From an uncultured Chloroflexia bacterium (GTDB taxonomy: Bacteria > Chloroflexota > UBA6077 > JACCZL01), in NCBI GenBank assembly GCA_963765765.1, contig CAVXYC010000023.1, forward strand, positions 384,001-448,000: 64,000 nucleotides of DNA, in the 5' to 3' direction. Under the pieces are notes generated by a model. It did no database searches. It was given only the letters and a program-made list of their open reading frames with translations, and was not told where the DNA came from. The position numbers were made by a program, and so were the translations under genes. Numbering within the stretch: position 1 is the stretch's first letter; each line of letters opens with the position of its first letter. Of the stretch, positions 1 through 10,835 are shown one piece after another.

Positions 1-674
1 GTCTCCGGCCGGCGCGTGAGGCGAAGCGTCACCTCGGTGACCACTCCCAGAGTGCCCTCGGCGCCAACCATCACGCCCAAAAGATCGAGCCCAGGTGTAT
101 CCAGCGTAGCGGCGCCCAGATGACTGATCTCGCCGTCGGGCAGCACAACGGTCGCGCCGAGCACGTGATTGGTTGTGAAGCCGTATTTCAGGCAGTGCGC
201 TCCGCCGCTGTTTTCGGCCACGTTGCCACCCACGCTGCACACTTGCTGACTGGATGGATCCGGCGCGTAGTAATACCCGCGCGGCGCCACGTGCTGGGTG
301 ACGTGCAGATTGATCACTCCGGGCTCGACCACGATGCGCGCGTTGTCGTAATCCACGGAGATGATTCGATTCATGCGCGCCAGGCTAATGACGATCCCAT
401 CCTCAACTGGAAGGGCCCCGCCAGAAAGGCCCGTACCGTGCCCTCGGGCGACGAACGGAATGCCATGCTCGTGGCACAGCTTTACAACCCCCTGGACTTG
501 CGCTGTGGAGCGTGGAAGCACGACGGCCGCGGGCATCACCTGGTAGTTGGTGAGACCATCTGACTCATAGGTGCGTAAGCGCTCGGGCTCGCTCAGCAGG
601 CCATCAGCGCCCACGATCAGGCGGATGCTCTGCAGGACCTCGGCATTGACGCGCGGGTGTGTGATCGTCATCAT
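1..674 (-). CDS. glcD: FAD-linked oxidase, glycolate oxidase subunit GlcD-like (runs off the window start)
   Basis: Manual minus-strand translation: MMTITHPRV...PFVARGHGTGLSGGA...YYAPDPSSQQVCSVGGNVAENSGGAHCLKYGFTTNHVLG...GAEGTLGVVTEVTLRL. Absent from the ORF track because it lacks a stop in the window. Confidence 0.85.
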   Translation of the reverse strand, partial: MMTITHPRVNAEVLQSIRLIVGADGLLSEPERLRTYESDGLTNYQVMPAAVVLPRSTAQVQGVVKLCHEHGIPFVARGHGTGLSGGALPVEDGIVISLARMNRIISVDYDNARIVVEPGVINLHVTQHVAPRGYYYAPDPSSQQVCSVGGNVAENSGGAHCLKYGFTTNHVLGATVVLPDGEISHLGAATLDTPGLDLLGVMVGAEGTLGVVTEVTLRLTRRPE

Positions 675-747
675 GCGACTCGCTACGATCATACCGTGCA
701 GTGGTCTGCATCTGTCGCGTATGTGATTTAACGCTCGGAGGTCGATT

Positions 748-1122
748 GTGCCAAGCTCGCCATCCGCGGATGACACGCTCGCTGTGGTCAACGCTTTCAA
801 TACCGCGTTCAACCGGCATGACGTGGATGCCGTCATGGCGCTTATGACGGAGGACTGCGTCTTCGAAACGACGGGTCCTGCTCCGGACGGAAAACGCGCA
901 GAAGGTCAGGCGGCCGTTCGGGAAGCCTGGGCGGAGTTTTTCGCGGCTTCGCCAACGGACGCGTTCACTGCCGAGGAGATGTTTGCGGTCGACGATCGCT
1001 GTGTGGTGCGCTGGCGGTTCGAATGGAACGCCGCCGACCCGGCCGGTCATGTGCGTGGCGTGGACGTGATTCGTGTCCGCGATGGAAAAGTCTCAGAGAA
1101 GCTGGCGTACGTGAAAGGTTAG
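748..1122 (+). CDS. SnoaL/NTF2-like protein
   Basis: FNTAFNRHDVDAVMALMTEDCVF...RGVDVIRVRDGKV pattern; GGAGG before GTG. Confidence 0.85.
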   Translation: MPSSPSADDTLAVVNAFNTAFNRHDVDAVMALMTEDCVFETTGPAPDGKRAEGQAAVREAWAEFFAASPTDAFTAEEMFAVDDRCVVRWRFEWNAADPAGHVRGVDVIRVRDGKVSEKLAYVKG

Positions 1123-1176
1123 CGGACCGGAGAGTTAAGCCTACAGACGGCTCCCATCCACCGGTCGTGTCTAGCC

Positions 1177-1713
1177 TTAGTTTCCCCGCACCGCGTACAT
1201 CTCGCGCCGCGCACTATCACGGGCGGCGTCGATGGCACTCAGGACAGACGCGGGGTCGGGGATATCGGTCAACGTAAAAATGTTGGTAGATCCGGCAGTT
1301 TCACAGCGAACGTCCCCATAGTTGAACAACGTATGGAGAATCCCATTCTTGTAGATGGAGAAGTCCTGGAGGTTCACTAGATCGGCGCTTGAAAGATCGT
1401 GATTGAACCAATTCTGTCGCTTTGAGTCGATCAAACGTTGATTGGTCAAAATCCATAGATCGTGCTGGTATTGGTACCAGGCGAAATAGGCAGACACGCC
1501 CCAGCACAGTATCCACGCAATGCCGGCGAGCGTGGCGACCTGCTGCAGAATCGGATCGACCGGAGCAAACGCGCTGATGCTGCCCGCCGCCGCTCCAACA
1601 GGAACGAGCGCCAGAAAAATGATCCCCAGCAAGCGCGGGTAGAGGAACATCCAGTGACGCCGAACCAGCAGCACCGGGTGCTCCCCATCCTGCATGACGA
1701 CTGGCAGATTCAT
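1177..1713 (-). CDS. Membrane protein with bacterial PH (bPH_2-like) domain
   Basis: VRRHW, two hydrophobic helices, then ILTNQRLID...LFNYGDVRCETAG...IPDP. Confidence 0.75.
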   Translation of the reverse strand: MNLPVVMQDGEHPVLLVRRHWMFLYPRLLGIIFLALVPVGAAAGSISAFAPVDPILQQVATLAGIAWILCWGVSAYFAWYQYQHDLWILTNQRLIDSKRQNWFNHDLSSADLVNLQDFSIYKNGILHTLFNYGDVRCETAGSTNIFTLTDIPDPASVLSAIDAARDSARREMYAVRGN

Positions 1714-1903
1714 GTGCCGCTACCTCCGCTCCCTTGAAGTATCGACCCGTCTGATACGCGAGAAGAGTGTAGTGCGAAGTGACTTGCGGAAGTCGTAATT
1801 CAATGCAAGCTGCATAAATGAAATTAGAATTGATGGGCCGGCTGCCATAATGTGACGGCTCTCTAATTCCGACGCTCTTCGTCGACCCCCATCCGCGGAG
1901 TCA

Positions 1904-3718
1904 ATGACCTTCCCTCAGAAATCGGTAGATTCTTTCCAGGACGAGCGAGAACAGCAGGCGCTTCGTTACCGCTTGCTGATGGATCGCACGCAGGACCTCA
2001 TCCTGTTCATGCGAATGGACGGTCAGATCGTTGAGGCCAATGCCGCGGCTGTGGCGACGTACGGTTACGACCACGAAACGCTGCGGCGGCTGAATATTCG
2101 TGACCTGCGTGACGCAACAACAACTCCGGCCGTACCGGGCCAGATGGCCACAGCGAATAGCGACGGAATTCTGTTTGAGACGCGCCATCGCCGAGCGGAT
2201 GGGACGTCCTTTCCCGTTGAAGTGAGCTCCATTGGCGCCGACCTCGATGGCGAGCGTCTGCTGATCAGTGTGATTCGCGATTGCACTGTCCGATATGAGG
2301 CAAAGCAGAAGCTCGAGGAAAGTGAACAGCTCCTCGATCGGGCGATGGTCGCGGGCGGTATGTTCGCCTTCACCTGGGTGATCGAGTCAGGTCAGATCGA
2401 CCGGACCGAAAGCGGGGCGCTGGTATTGGGTGGCGATGTACCGCAAGCAGACACCTGGAATCGATACATCAGCTCCGTTCATGCCGCTGATCGCGAACAT
2501 TATCAGGAGCTGTTCCTTGGTCTATCGCCAACAATGGCGTCGTATAGCACGCTATACCGATACGTCCGACGCGATGGAACGATTGCTGTCATCGAGGAAA
2601 GCGGTGCAGGCGAGTTCGACGATCAGGATGAGCTTGTGCGAGTGCGCGGTCTGGCCGCCGATGTAACGGAACGGCGCCGCAGCGAGTCAGAGCGCCGCCA
2701 GCTCACCGAGCTGCTCGCCCAGACGAGTGAGCCCATCTTCGTATGGGAGCTTGACGGTGTCATCACGTCCTGGAACGCTGGCGCGGAGGCGTTATACGGG
2801 TACACCCCCGATGAGGCATTGGGTCAGTCGGCACACAGTCTGCTGCGCACCATTCATCCAATTCCGTGGCAGGAGATCCGCACCACGCTGGAAGCCGAAG
2901 GGCAATGGCTCGGCGCGCTGATTCACCACACCCGAGATGGGCGTCAGGTCACCGTAGAGAGCCGGAAAAAACTCGCGGTGATCGACGGTCAGCGACTTGT
3001 GATGGAGTCCAACCGCGACATTACCGAACAAAAGCGCCTGGAGCGCATGCAGCGCGAGTTTATCGCGCTAGCGGCCCACGAGCTGAAAACGCCGCTCACA
3101 TCGCTGAAGGGCTTTGCGCAGCTTCTCCAACGGGGCGTGCATACTGAATCGTCACTGGAGACGATCGTCAAGCAGGTCAATCGACTCGACCGGCTCGTAA
3201 GCGACCTGCTCGATATCTCACGATTGGACACCGGTCGGCTGGAGCTTCGACGAGGCGAGCTGGATCTTGTTCCGCTCCTGGACCAGCTTGTCAACGAAGC
3301 CCAGGCATCCACCGATATTCACCGCTTAGCCTTGATGCACCGATCAGAGCCCGTGCTGGGTGAGTGGGACGAGGACAGATTGACGCAGGCCTTCCAGAAC
3401 CTGCTGTCCAATGCGATCAAGTACTCCCCCGATGGAGGGCCGATCGAAGTTACCATTCGTCCGGGGGATCACGAGGTGGTCGTGAGCATCCGCGATCATG
3501 GCCTCGGAGTGAGCGCCGACGACCTGCCCCGAATCTTCCAGCGATTTCAACGGCTCGACGCGGCCAAGGACGCCGCTGGCGGTCTGGGTCTGGGGCTTTC
3601 CATCACCCACGCGCTGGTCGCGGCTCACGGTGGCCGAGTTTGGGCGGAGAGCTCGGGCGAGGGTCACGGAACGACGTTCCTGGTCGCACTCCCGACGCTG
3701 AATGAAGGAGCCGCCTAA
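1904..3718 (+). CDS. Multi-PAS sensor histidine kinase
   Basis: Three PAS/PAC segments, AAHELKTPL H-box, NLLSNAIKYS N-box, DHGLG and GLGLGL G-boxes. Confidence 0.95.
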   Translation: MTFPQKSVDSFQDEREQQALRYRLLMDRTQDLILFMRMDGQIVEANAAAVATYGYDHETLRRLNIRDLRDATTTPAVPGQMATANSDGILFETRHRRADGTSFPVEVSSIGADLDGERLLISVIRDCTVRYEAKQKLEESEQLLDRAMVAGGMFAFTWVIESGQIDRTESGALVLGGDVPQADTWNRYISSVHAADREHYQELFLGLSPTMASYSTLYRYVRRDGTIAVIEESGAGEFDDQDELVRVRGLAADVTERRRSESERRQLTELLAQTSEPIFVWELDGVITSWNAGAEALYGYTPDEALGQSAHSLLRTIHPIPWQEIRTTLEAEGQWLGALIHHTRDGRQVTVESRKKLAVIDGQRLVMESNRDITEQKRLERMQREFIALAAHELKTPLTSLKGFAQLLQRGVHTESSLETIVKQVNRLDRLVSDLLDISRLDTGRLELRRGELDLVPLLDQLVNEAQASTDIHRLALMHRSEPVLGEWDEDRLTQAFQNLLSNAIKYSPDGGPIEVTIRPGDHEVVVSIRDHGLGVSADDLPRIFQRFQRLDAAKDAAGGLGLGLSITHALVAAHGGRVWAESSGEGHGTTFLVALPTLNEGAA

Positions 3719-3799
3719 GAGCGTCCTCCCGATCGTTGGTTCGGTTTCCCGCTGTGATGAGATTGTGCTATCCTAGCGCGCACTGTAGGCGGGTGGAAA

Positions 3800-4905
3800 A
3801 TGCGGCGAGGCGGGACACCCCGAATCCGGGTCGAGGTATTGTCCCGAGCTGCCGTGGTACTGACGCTCCTCCTGCTGCTTCTTCCAACGCCCCGTGGCAC
3901 CGCCGACGAGCTCCAAGTAGCGGTCGACCCGGCGACGGATTCAGTCACTCCCGCCGCGTCGGTCGGAATTACCTGTCTTTCGGCCGCTCAAATTTCGTTT
4001 TATCCGCCAGCTCCGCAGCCGGAGCGCGTCGTTCGGATCGATGTCCTCGCGCCATTTTGGTCCGCGCAGGTTATGCTCTTGAGCTCACTTCCTCTGTACT
4101 TTGAGAGTGAGCTCCAGGAATGGAACGGGTATCGGTGGAGCTGGTTCACCTGGTCTGCCGAGCCAGGGCGAGCTCGAATTTACGTTCCTCGATTCGGTGC
4201 GCTCCGAATGCGCCACGGCCAGGCTCTTCATTGGGCAGACTCCTGACATGGTCGTCGATGACACGGTCCCGGCCGATGGCATCGGAGCGGTCAGCCCGGC
4301 CGATAGCATCGGACCGGTCAGCACAGAGCCTTACAAGCCGACAGCGACGCGGACCCCGCGCGCGGCCTCTTCGAACGGCTCTAATGATTCTGATGATAAT
4401 GACAATACGTCTACCACCTCGGGGCGTGATCCGACGGCAACACGCACACCGTCACCGACCCGCACGGCATCACCTACTCGAACACCATCGCCTACGCGAA
4501 CATCGTCGCCCCCTCGAATCAACGGGCTCGAGGACCTCGTTTGCCAGCCAACCGCCCGAGCCCACCGAAACACGCACGCCGTCCCCCACACGGACATCAT
4601 CCCCCACGCGCACGCCCTCGCCGAGGGCTACGGACACCCCGCAACCGAACGTTATAAGCACGGACCCAGTCTCGGCCATCTGTGGCAACACGCTGACCAT
4701 CAAAGGCCGGGGATTCGGAGCCAGCCGAGTCGCCGTTGATGGCAAGGTCACCTTGGCTGCCCGCGAGGTATCTGCCTATGAGAGCTGGAGTGACACAGAG
4801 ATCCGTGTGGTTGTTTCGCCCAACACGCCGCCTGCTGCAGAACAGCGGTTGGAGGTAACCACGCGCGGCGGAGGGGACGGGCTGGGCATCAGGGTTTCCT
4901 GCTAG
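3800..4905 (+). CDS. Secreted Thr/Pro-rich protein with C-terminal IPT/TIG-like domain (split over three frames)
   Basis: Signal-like LTLLLLLL in 3800..4246, (TRTPSP)n repeats in 4101..4739 and 4120..4905, C-terminal LTIKGRGFG...SWSDTEIRVVV. Two inferred indels. Confidence 0.65.
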
Positions 4906-5035
4906 GGCTTCAAAAACTGGAACGCAGACATAGAGGAAGCTTTCTCTGTCCTTTGCGTCCCTCAGATCCCTTCTCCAACCGCCGATGGTAGAATCCGGCC
5001 CGCGCCGGGCCACCCGGCGGAGGAGCTTTCATCCC

Positions 5036-5974
5036 ATGGAATATCGCCAGCTCGGATCGTCCGGCCTCAAAGTTTCCATGATCGGCCTGGGGTCCAACAC
5101 CTTTGGTGCGACCGCCGAGGAAGCCGGATCAATCGAAGTCATCAACACGGCCATTGAGCACGGCGTCAACTTTATCGATACCGCCGACGTGTACTCCTTC
5201 GGAACGTCCGAGGAGTACGTCGGCAAAGCGATCAAGGGCAAACGGCATGGCCTGGTGATCGGCACCAAGGTCGGCATCACCATGAGTGACAAGCCGAACG
5301 ACGCCGGCCTCTCACGTGGGCACATCATGAGCAGCGTGGAAGCATCGCTTAAGCGACTGGGCACGGACTACATCGATCTCTACCAGGCGCACACGTTCGA
5401 TGCGGCCACGCCGCTTGAAGAGACGCTGCGGACGTTCGACGATCTCGTGCGACAGGGGAAAGTGCGCTACATCGGCTGCTCCAACTGGACGGCCTGGCAG
5501 CTTGCCTGGGGTCTGGGTGTTCAGAAGAGCAACGACCTGGCGCCGTGGGTCAGCGTGCAGCCTGAGTGGAACTTCGTAAACGGGCTCCAGGATCCGCATC
5601 TGCAGCCGGCCTGCCGAGAATTTGGCGTGGGGATCATTCCTTACATGCCGCTCGCCGCTGGAGCGCTCACCGGGAAGTACACACGTGGCGAAGCTCCGCC
5701 GCCCGGCACGCGCCTGGCCGATAGACCTCGCACGCGCCGAATTCTTGGCGATCGCCTTTTTGACCTGATCGAGGTTGTGACGCCATGGGCGGAAGCGCGC
5801 GGCCACACGCTTCCCGAGCTAGCCATAGCCTGGCTGATCGCCCAACCTGAGGTGAGTACCGTCATCGTGGGCGCCCGGCGGGCACCGCAGGTGGTCGAAA
5901 ATCTCAAGGCCGCCGACTGGATTCTTACCTCTGAAGAGCGTGACGAGGTGACGGCGCTAGTGGATAGCGTCTGA
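5036..5974 (+). CDS. Aldo/keto reductase
   Basis: MEYRQLGSSGLKVS, FIDTADVY, SLKRLGTDYIDLYQAH, GKVRYIGCSN. Confidence 0.95.
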   Translation: MEYRQLGSSGLKVSMIGLGSNTFGATAEEAGSIEVINTAIEHGVNFIDTADVYSFGTSEEYVGKAIKGKRHGLVIGTKVGITMSDKPNDAGLSRGHIMSSVEASLKRLGTDYIDLYQAHTFDAATPLEETLRTFDDLVRQGKVRYIGCSNWTAWQLAWGLGVQKSNDLAPWVSVQPEWNFVNGLQDPHLQPACREFGVGIIPYMPLAAGALTGKYTRGEAPPPGTRLADRPRTRRILGDRLFDLIEVVTPWAEARGHTLPELAIAWLIAQPEVSTVIVGARRAPQVVENLKAADWILTSEERDEVTALVDSV

Positions 5975-6021
5975 GCCACCAGCCTGGCGTAGCTGTAAGT
6001 GTCCGGAGCCTTTAGAAGAAT

Positions 6022-6111
6022 CCGTAGCCGCGAGCATCCTGCCCGCACGCGGGGCGCTGCCCCTGGCTCAATGCCGCGCTACGCGACCGGGCTAGAAGCT
6101 CGTCGCTACGG
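6022..6111. repeat. Degenerate inverted REP pair (GTAG-type)
   Basis: CCGTAGCCGCGAGCATCCTGCCCG and inverted CGGGCTAGAAGCTCGTCGCTACGG between convergent genes. Confidence 0.6.
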
Positions 6112-6209
6112 GAGACTTCGAAGTTCGCCAATAGCTAGAGATCCCGATCGGGACAGACGGACCGGCCGCGGTCCCGCGGCCTCGGCACCTGCAGTGGTCG
6201 AAGGAAGAA

Positions 6210-7565
6210 TTAGCGCGAGCGGAAATCGCTCGCGAGGTTGGCGATGTCCGATTCGTCTTCGAGTCGCTGAACGCGCTTGATCACGTCTTCTATCCGCCCA
6301 GTGGTCAGTAGCCCGTTGGCATAGCGGCGGAATTTCTCCGCCATCTCGTCAAAGGTGTACGGGTTGGTAGGGCGCGCCCTTCCAATCCTTCACCTGCATG
6401 GAGTAGGTCGAGCCATCCAGCATTAGGGTAATCTCCGCGACCGGCTGGCCAGGCTTGCCAAATTGGTCAGTGTGCTCGTCGAGCTCGATCATCTGCGCGA
6501 GCCGGGTCACGTCAGGATCCTGGAGATCGAGATTTACCCAGACACGCGGATCGGAAGCATCGTGGCACAGAGCCAGTCCGGCTGACCAGGGCAGGCTATA
6601 TTGTGCGCCCATGTGAGTGGTCGGCTGGCGGTCTGAGTGACGACCTTCCATCATGCGACTCGCACTGGCGACCTTCAGCTCTTTGATGTCCTCCGTGCGA
6701 ATGCGACGGGCACGTCGGAACGCGGTAAGTCCATCGATCACGGCGTGGAATGAGATGTGGCACGGGTAGGCCTTGAGGACCATCTGGGAAAGCTCCCAGC
6801 GCTCGCCCAGGGCATCGAGCAATCGCTCAGGCTTCGGAGACGGTGAATAAGCGTGGAGGAATCCATGACTCCCCTCGAGCACCGTGGACGGCCCGGTAAA
6901 GCCGCGTTGCGCCAGAAGCGCGCACTCCACGCCCATCTGGGCCCCTCGGCCGAGGTGCAAGCGCTTGGTCATGGCGCCCTCGCGGAAGAACTCCACCAGT
7001 CCACCGCCGTGCGAGCCGGCAATGCCGAGCGCGTGCAGTATGGTGTCCGCATCCATCTTCAGCAGCATGCCGGTGGCTGCCGCCGCGCCGAACGCCGCGT
7101 TGGTGCCTGGACCGTGAAACCCCCGCTCGTCCTCAACCGCACGCGTCGCGGCCAGACCGATTCGGCACAGGATCTCGTAGCCTGTGGCCACCGCGGTCAG
7201 GAATGACCGGCCGTCCGCGTGCTCACGCTCTGCAATAGCCAGCGCTGCAGGAAAGACGGCTCCGCTGGGATGGCATGAGCCGGGGTAAACGGGTGGTCAA
7301 CCTCGAAACCTCCAACGGCGACGCCATTGACCAGCGCGGCGTAGGCCGGCGAGGTCGTCCAGCTTCGACCGAAGACCGTGCAAGGCCCGATGGATGTCTC
7401 CTGCGCCAGGTCGGCCACCATGTCTGACCATGGTGTGCGCGCACCCGCGCAGCCGGCAGCAAGGTCATCGAGGATGTAGATGCGCACGGACTCAATAACA
7501 TCGGCGGGGAGATCGGCGTATGTCGTCTCAGCGGCAAATTTGGCCAGGCGGCGTGACTCGTCCAT
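6210..7565 (-). CDS. MmgE/PrpD family protein (frameshifted near 7280 and 6370)
   Basis: LAKFAAETTYADLP, AALVNG, GYEILCRIG, RGFH, TKRLHLG, KAYPCH. C-terminus (NPYTFDEMAEKFRRYA...) read by hand in another frame to TAA at 6210. Confidence 0.9.
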
Positions 7566-7674
7566 GCGGCGCATTATACGCGCGGCATACGAGGTCTGAA
7601 GCGGTTCACGTATTGCTGGGCGCCTATGATCTTCTCTGCTACGATCCTCGCAATCTGCGCGAGGAGCCTGACCC

Positions 7675-8775
7675 GTGGCACAGCGCGTAACGATATCTCG
7701 GGCTTTCTTTCAACGTGTCGCCGCCGGAGCCGCCGCGCTCTTGCTGACCGCCTGTAGCTCGCCCGCCGGGCCGGTCGCTAAGTCTGCCGCGCCTGCGTCT
7801 GACCCCGGCTCGAGCAAAATGCAGGAGTACTACGAGAAAGCCAGGGCCTCAGGCGACCTGAGGGTGACCCTCTATAGCGCCGGGCCCGAGTATCGGCCTA
7901 TCTTTGATCTCTTCCAGGAACGATATCCGGGAACGCAGGTCGAGGGTGTGCTCGTGCGCGGCCCTGAGATGATCCAGCGGTTCCAGGCCGAGGCCACCAG
8001 CGGTCGACGCATTGCCAACGTGGCCGCGACGGGCGCCACCACAATGTCCACCCTGGAGCAGCAGGGGCTCTTTGCCGAGTGGGAGGGCCCGCCAAACGCG
8101 GCGGACCTTCCAGAGATTCCTCTTACCTCGGGGAAAGCGCGATGGCCCTATGCGCAGAATGCTCACGGCTTCGTCGTAAACACGGAACAGATACCCGAAA
8201 ACCGCATCCCGACAACTCGCCAGGACGTACTGGACCCATTCTTCAAGCCCAAGGGCAAGCTGTTGGTGGACGATCCCCGCGGCGGCGGTCCCAGCATCGA
8301 GTTTTTTACCTACACCTACGATCAGCTCGGCCAGGCGTGGATGGATTCCTTGAAAGGCCAGGACATCACCTGGACCCGCGAGCGTGACGGTGCGCCGAGT
8401 CAGGTCGCGCGCGGAGAGTACGCGATGTTCTTTCCGGCCGCCATTACCGTCGCGGAGCTGGATCTCCAGCGCGGCGCGCCACTCAAGGCCGGCTGGTTCC
8501 GAGATGGCGGCGCCATGATCGTCTCGCTCAATCTGGGAGTGGTGAAAGACGCACCGGGGCAGGATGTGGCCAAGCTCTTCGTGAGCTGGATCACCGGACC
8601 AGAGGGTCAGAAAGCGATTGCTGAGAAGTTACAGACCTACCCCGCATTGCCCAGCGCTCCCTCACCTGCGGGCTACCCTTCGCTTCAGGACATCAACCCG
8701 AGTCACCGTTCTGCGGATCAGATCCGCAGGAACAACGAGTACATTCAGCTTTTCGACGGAATGTTTTTCAAATAA
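7675..8775 (+). CDS. ABC transporter solute-binding lipoprotein (Fe3+/thiamine-binding-like family)
   Basis: LLLTAC lipobox, QVARGEYA, AKLFVSWITGPEGQ; paralog of 62907..64000. Confidence 0.85.
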   Translation: MAQRVTISRAFFQRVAAGAAALLLTACSSPAGPVAKSAAPASDPGSSKMQEYYEKARASGDLRVTLYSAGPEYRPIFDLFQERYPGTQVEGVLVRGPEMIQRFQAEATSGRRIANVAATGATTMSTLEQQGLFAEWEGPPNAADLPEIPLTSGKARWPYAQNAHGFVVNTEQIPENRIPTTRQDVLDPFFKPKGKLLVDDPRGGGPSIEFFTYTYDQLGQAWMDSLKGQDITWTRERDGAPSQVARGEYAMFFPAAITVAELDLQRGAPLKAGWFRDGGAMIVSLNLGVVKDAPGQDVAKLFVSWITGPEGQKAIAEKLQTYPALPSAPSPAGYPSLQDINPSHRSADQIRRNNEYIQLFDGMFFK

Positions 8776-8866
8776 TCGAATAGGACGCCGGTGCCAGATT
8801 GCAGGACCTGAGACCGGTGCGATCGCCAGCCATATCCTGATACCCTCCGCTGCTGGAGGACCCTTC

Positions 8867-9889
8867 ATGACAGCATTTCAAGCGATTGACGCGGATGGCC
8901 ATGTCCTGGACAATCGCGACCTGATCATCGCTCGCCTACCTAAGGCGATGCGTGAGCGCGAATGGGCATTTGTGCCGCGCAATACCTGGGACTCGACGCT
9001 GGGCGGCAAGCTTGGTCAGCATGAGGTCAATGCGCCGGAATGGTTGGCCGCCATGGACGAGGGCCCCATGGAGCAGGCCGTGCTCTTTCCAACGCGGCTG
9101 CTCAATATCGGCTGCGTCCAGGAGCGCGAGCTGGCGGGGGCTCTGTGCCAGGCTTATAACAGCTACCTCTTCGATGAATATCTGAAGTTCAGCCCACGCT
9201 TCAAGGGCGTGGCCGTGCTACCCATGCAGGACATTGAGGCCGCGGTCGTGGAGCTGCGACGTGCCGTCACCGAGCTCGGGATGGTCACCGCTATGCTTCC
9301 CACAAGCGGAACACCCGGACGTCCACTCTTTGGCCACCCGATGTACGATCCGCTTTTCGAGGAAGCGCAGCGCCTCGGCGTGCCGCTGGCCTTGCACGCA
9401 AACGTAACCAACCCGCACGGGCCGGAGATTGATCCCTTCGAGCGGATGATCGAATCGCACACGGTCGTGCATCCGTTCGGGCAGATGCGCCAGCTCACCA
9501 GCATGATCTGGGGTGGCGTCTTCGAGCGCTTCCCGCGCTTGACATTCGCGAGCCTTGAGGCGGGCGCCACGTGGGTACCGTTCTTCATGGATCGGATCGA
9601 CGAGGAGGGCGAGAAGCGCGCATCCGTGGAGGCTCCGAACGTTCCCGATGATCCGAGTCGCTACTTCAAGGAAGGACGCATCTACGTCCACTTTGAAGCG
9701 GGCGAAGGGTTGATCCCCGAAACGCTGCAATACGCGGGTGAGGACTGGTTCGTCTACGCCTCGGATTTTCCCCACTGGGACCACGAGTATCCGCGCTCTC
9801 TCCAGAAGATGCGCGACCATCCTCGGCTGAGCGAAGAAACGAAGGTCAAGATCCTGCGAGAGAACGCTAAGCGGCTGTTCAAGCTATAG
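8867..9889 (+). CDS. Amidohydrolase-2 family protein (decarboxylase/hydratase-like)
   Basis: IDADGHV, GVPLALH, GVFERFPRL, YASDFPHWD; GGAGG RBS. Confidence 0.9.
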   Translation: MTAFQAIDADGHVLDNRDLIIARLPKAMREREWAFVPRNTWDSTLGGKLGQHEVNAPEWLAAMDEGPMEQAVLFPTRLLNIGCVQERELAGALCQAYNSYLFDEYLKFSPRFKGVAVLPMQDIEAAVVELRRAVTELGMVTAMLPTSGTPGRPLFGHPMYDPLFEEAQRLGVPLALHANVTNPHGPEIDPFERMIESHTVVHPFGQMRQLTSMIWGGVFERFPRLTFASLEAGATWVPFFMDRIDEEGEKRASVEAPNVPDDPSRYFKEGRIYVHFEAGEGLIPETLQYAGEDWFVYASDFPHWDHEYPRSLQKMRDHPRLSEETKVKILRENAKRLFKL

Positions 9890-9914
9890 CCTAGTTCTCA
9901 TCGTGGTAGCATCC

Positions 9915-9945
9915 CTCCCGCCGTGATGCTCTTCCACGGCGGGAG
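9915..9945 (+). promoter_or_regulatory. 11-bp stem-loop covering the Shine-Dalgarno of the enoyl-CoA hydratase gene
   Basis: CTCCCGCCGTG-ATGCTCTTC-CACGGCGGGAG; GGGAG ends 5 nt before ATG 9951. Confidence 0.5.
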
Positions 9946-9950
9946 AACCT

Positions 9951-10736
9951 ATGGCAACCGAAACGTCTGAGCTGCTTTACACGACCGAAGGGCCGTTGGC
10001 CTTCGTCACGTTCAATCGCCCCGAGGCTCGCAACGCGATGACCTGGGGCATGTACGACCGCCTCTACGAATTGTGCGATGAGATCGACGCCGACCCGGAC
10101 GTCCGGGTGGTGATATTTCAGGGAGCGGGCGATCGCGCGTTCGTCGCCGGTACTGATATCTCACAGTTCCAGTCCTTCTCGGAAGAGCGCCACGCACTGG
10201 AGTACGAGGAGCGTATCGAGCGCATCCTTAGTCGACTCGAAAGTCTTGCCCGTCCAACCATCGCGCTCATTCGCGGCTATGCCGTCGGCGGCGGCCTGGC
10301 CATCGCGGCCAGCTGCGACCTGCGCTACTCCACACCCTCGGGGAAGTTCGGCGCCCCCGTGGCCCGAACGCTGGGCAACTGCATGGCTATCGGCAATTTC
10401 GCGCGGCTCACCGACTTGATCGGTCCGATGCGTACCAAGGAGCTGCTCTTCACCGCGACATTCGCCGACGCGCAGCAAGGCCTGAACCTCGGCCTCATTA
10501 CCGAAGTGGTGGAGCCCGACCAGATCGAGGCGCGCGTACGCGAAGTGGCCACGCTCATCGCCGAAAACGCCCCGCTCACCGTCCGCGCTACCAAGGAAGC
10601 CGTCCGCCGCCTCGCCGAGCACCGCCGCCCCGGTGGCGGCGAGGACATCATCCTCTCTTGCTATATGAGCGAAGACTTCAAAGAAGGCATGACGGCGTTC
10701 TTGGAGAAGAGGCCGCCGGCCTGGAAGGGCCGCTAG
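9951..10736 (+). CDS. Enoyl-CoA hydratase/isomerase family protein
   Basis: FNRPEARNA, AFVAGTDI, GYAVGGG, EGMTAFLEKRPPAWKGR. Confidence 0.95.
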   Translation: MATETSELLYTTEGPLAFVTFNRPEARNAMTWGMYDRLYELCDEIDADPDVRVVIFQGAGDRAFVAGTDISQFQSFSEERHALEYEERIERILSRLESLARPTIALIRGYAVGGGLAIAASCDLRYSTPSGKFGAPVARTLGNCMAIGNFARLTDLIGPMRTKELLFTATFADAQQGLNLGLITEVVEPDQIEARVREVATLIAENAPLTVRATKEAVRRLAEHRRPGGGEDIILSCYMSEDFKEGMTAFLEKRPPAWKGR

Positions 10737-10740
10737 GCAA

Positions 10741-10816
10741 AAAGACCTAAGAGACGGCAAGGACATAAGGGACATATGGCGATCGTCGCAGATGTCCCAT
10801 CCGTCCCATAGGTCCC
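10741..10816. repeat. Inverted arrays of degenerate 9-mer tandem repeats
   Basis: AAAGACCTA AGAGACGGC AAGGACATA AGGGACATA ... TGTCCCATC CGTCCCATA GGTCCC. Confidence 0.65.
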
Positions 10817-10835
10817 GGAGATTGGAGAATCCCTT

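Noticed and set aside
4921-4960. Degenerate ACGCAGA...CTCTGT...TGCGT inverted motif
   Set aside because: Too short and mismatched to call as a repeat element or terminator.
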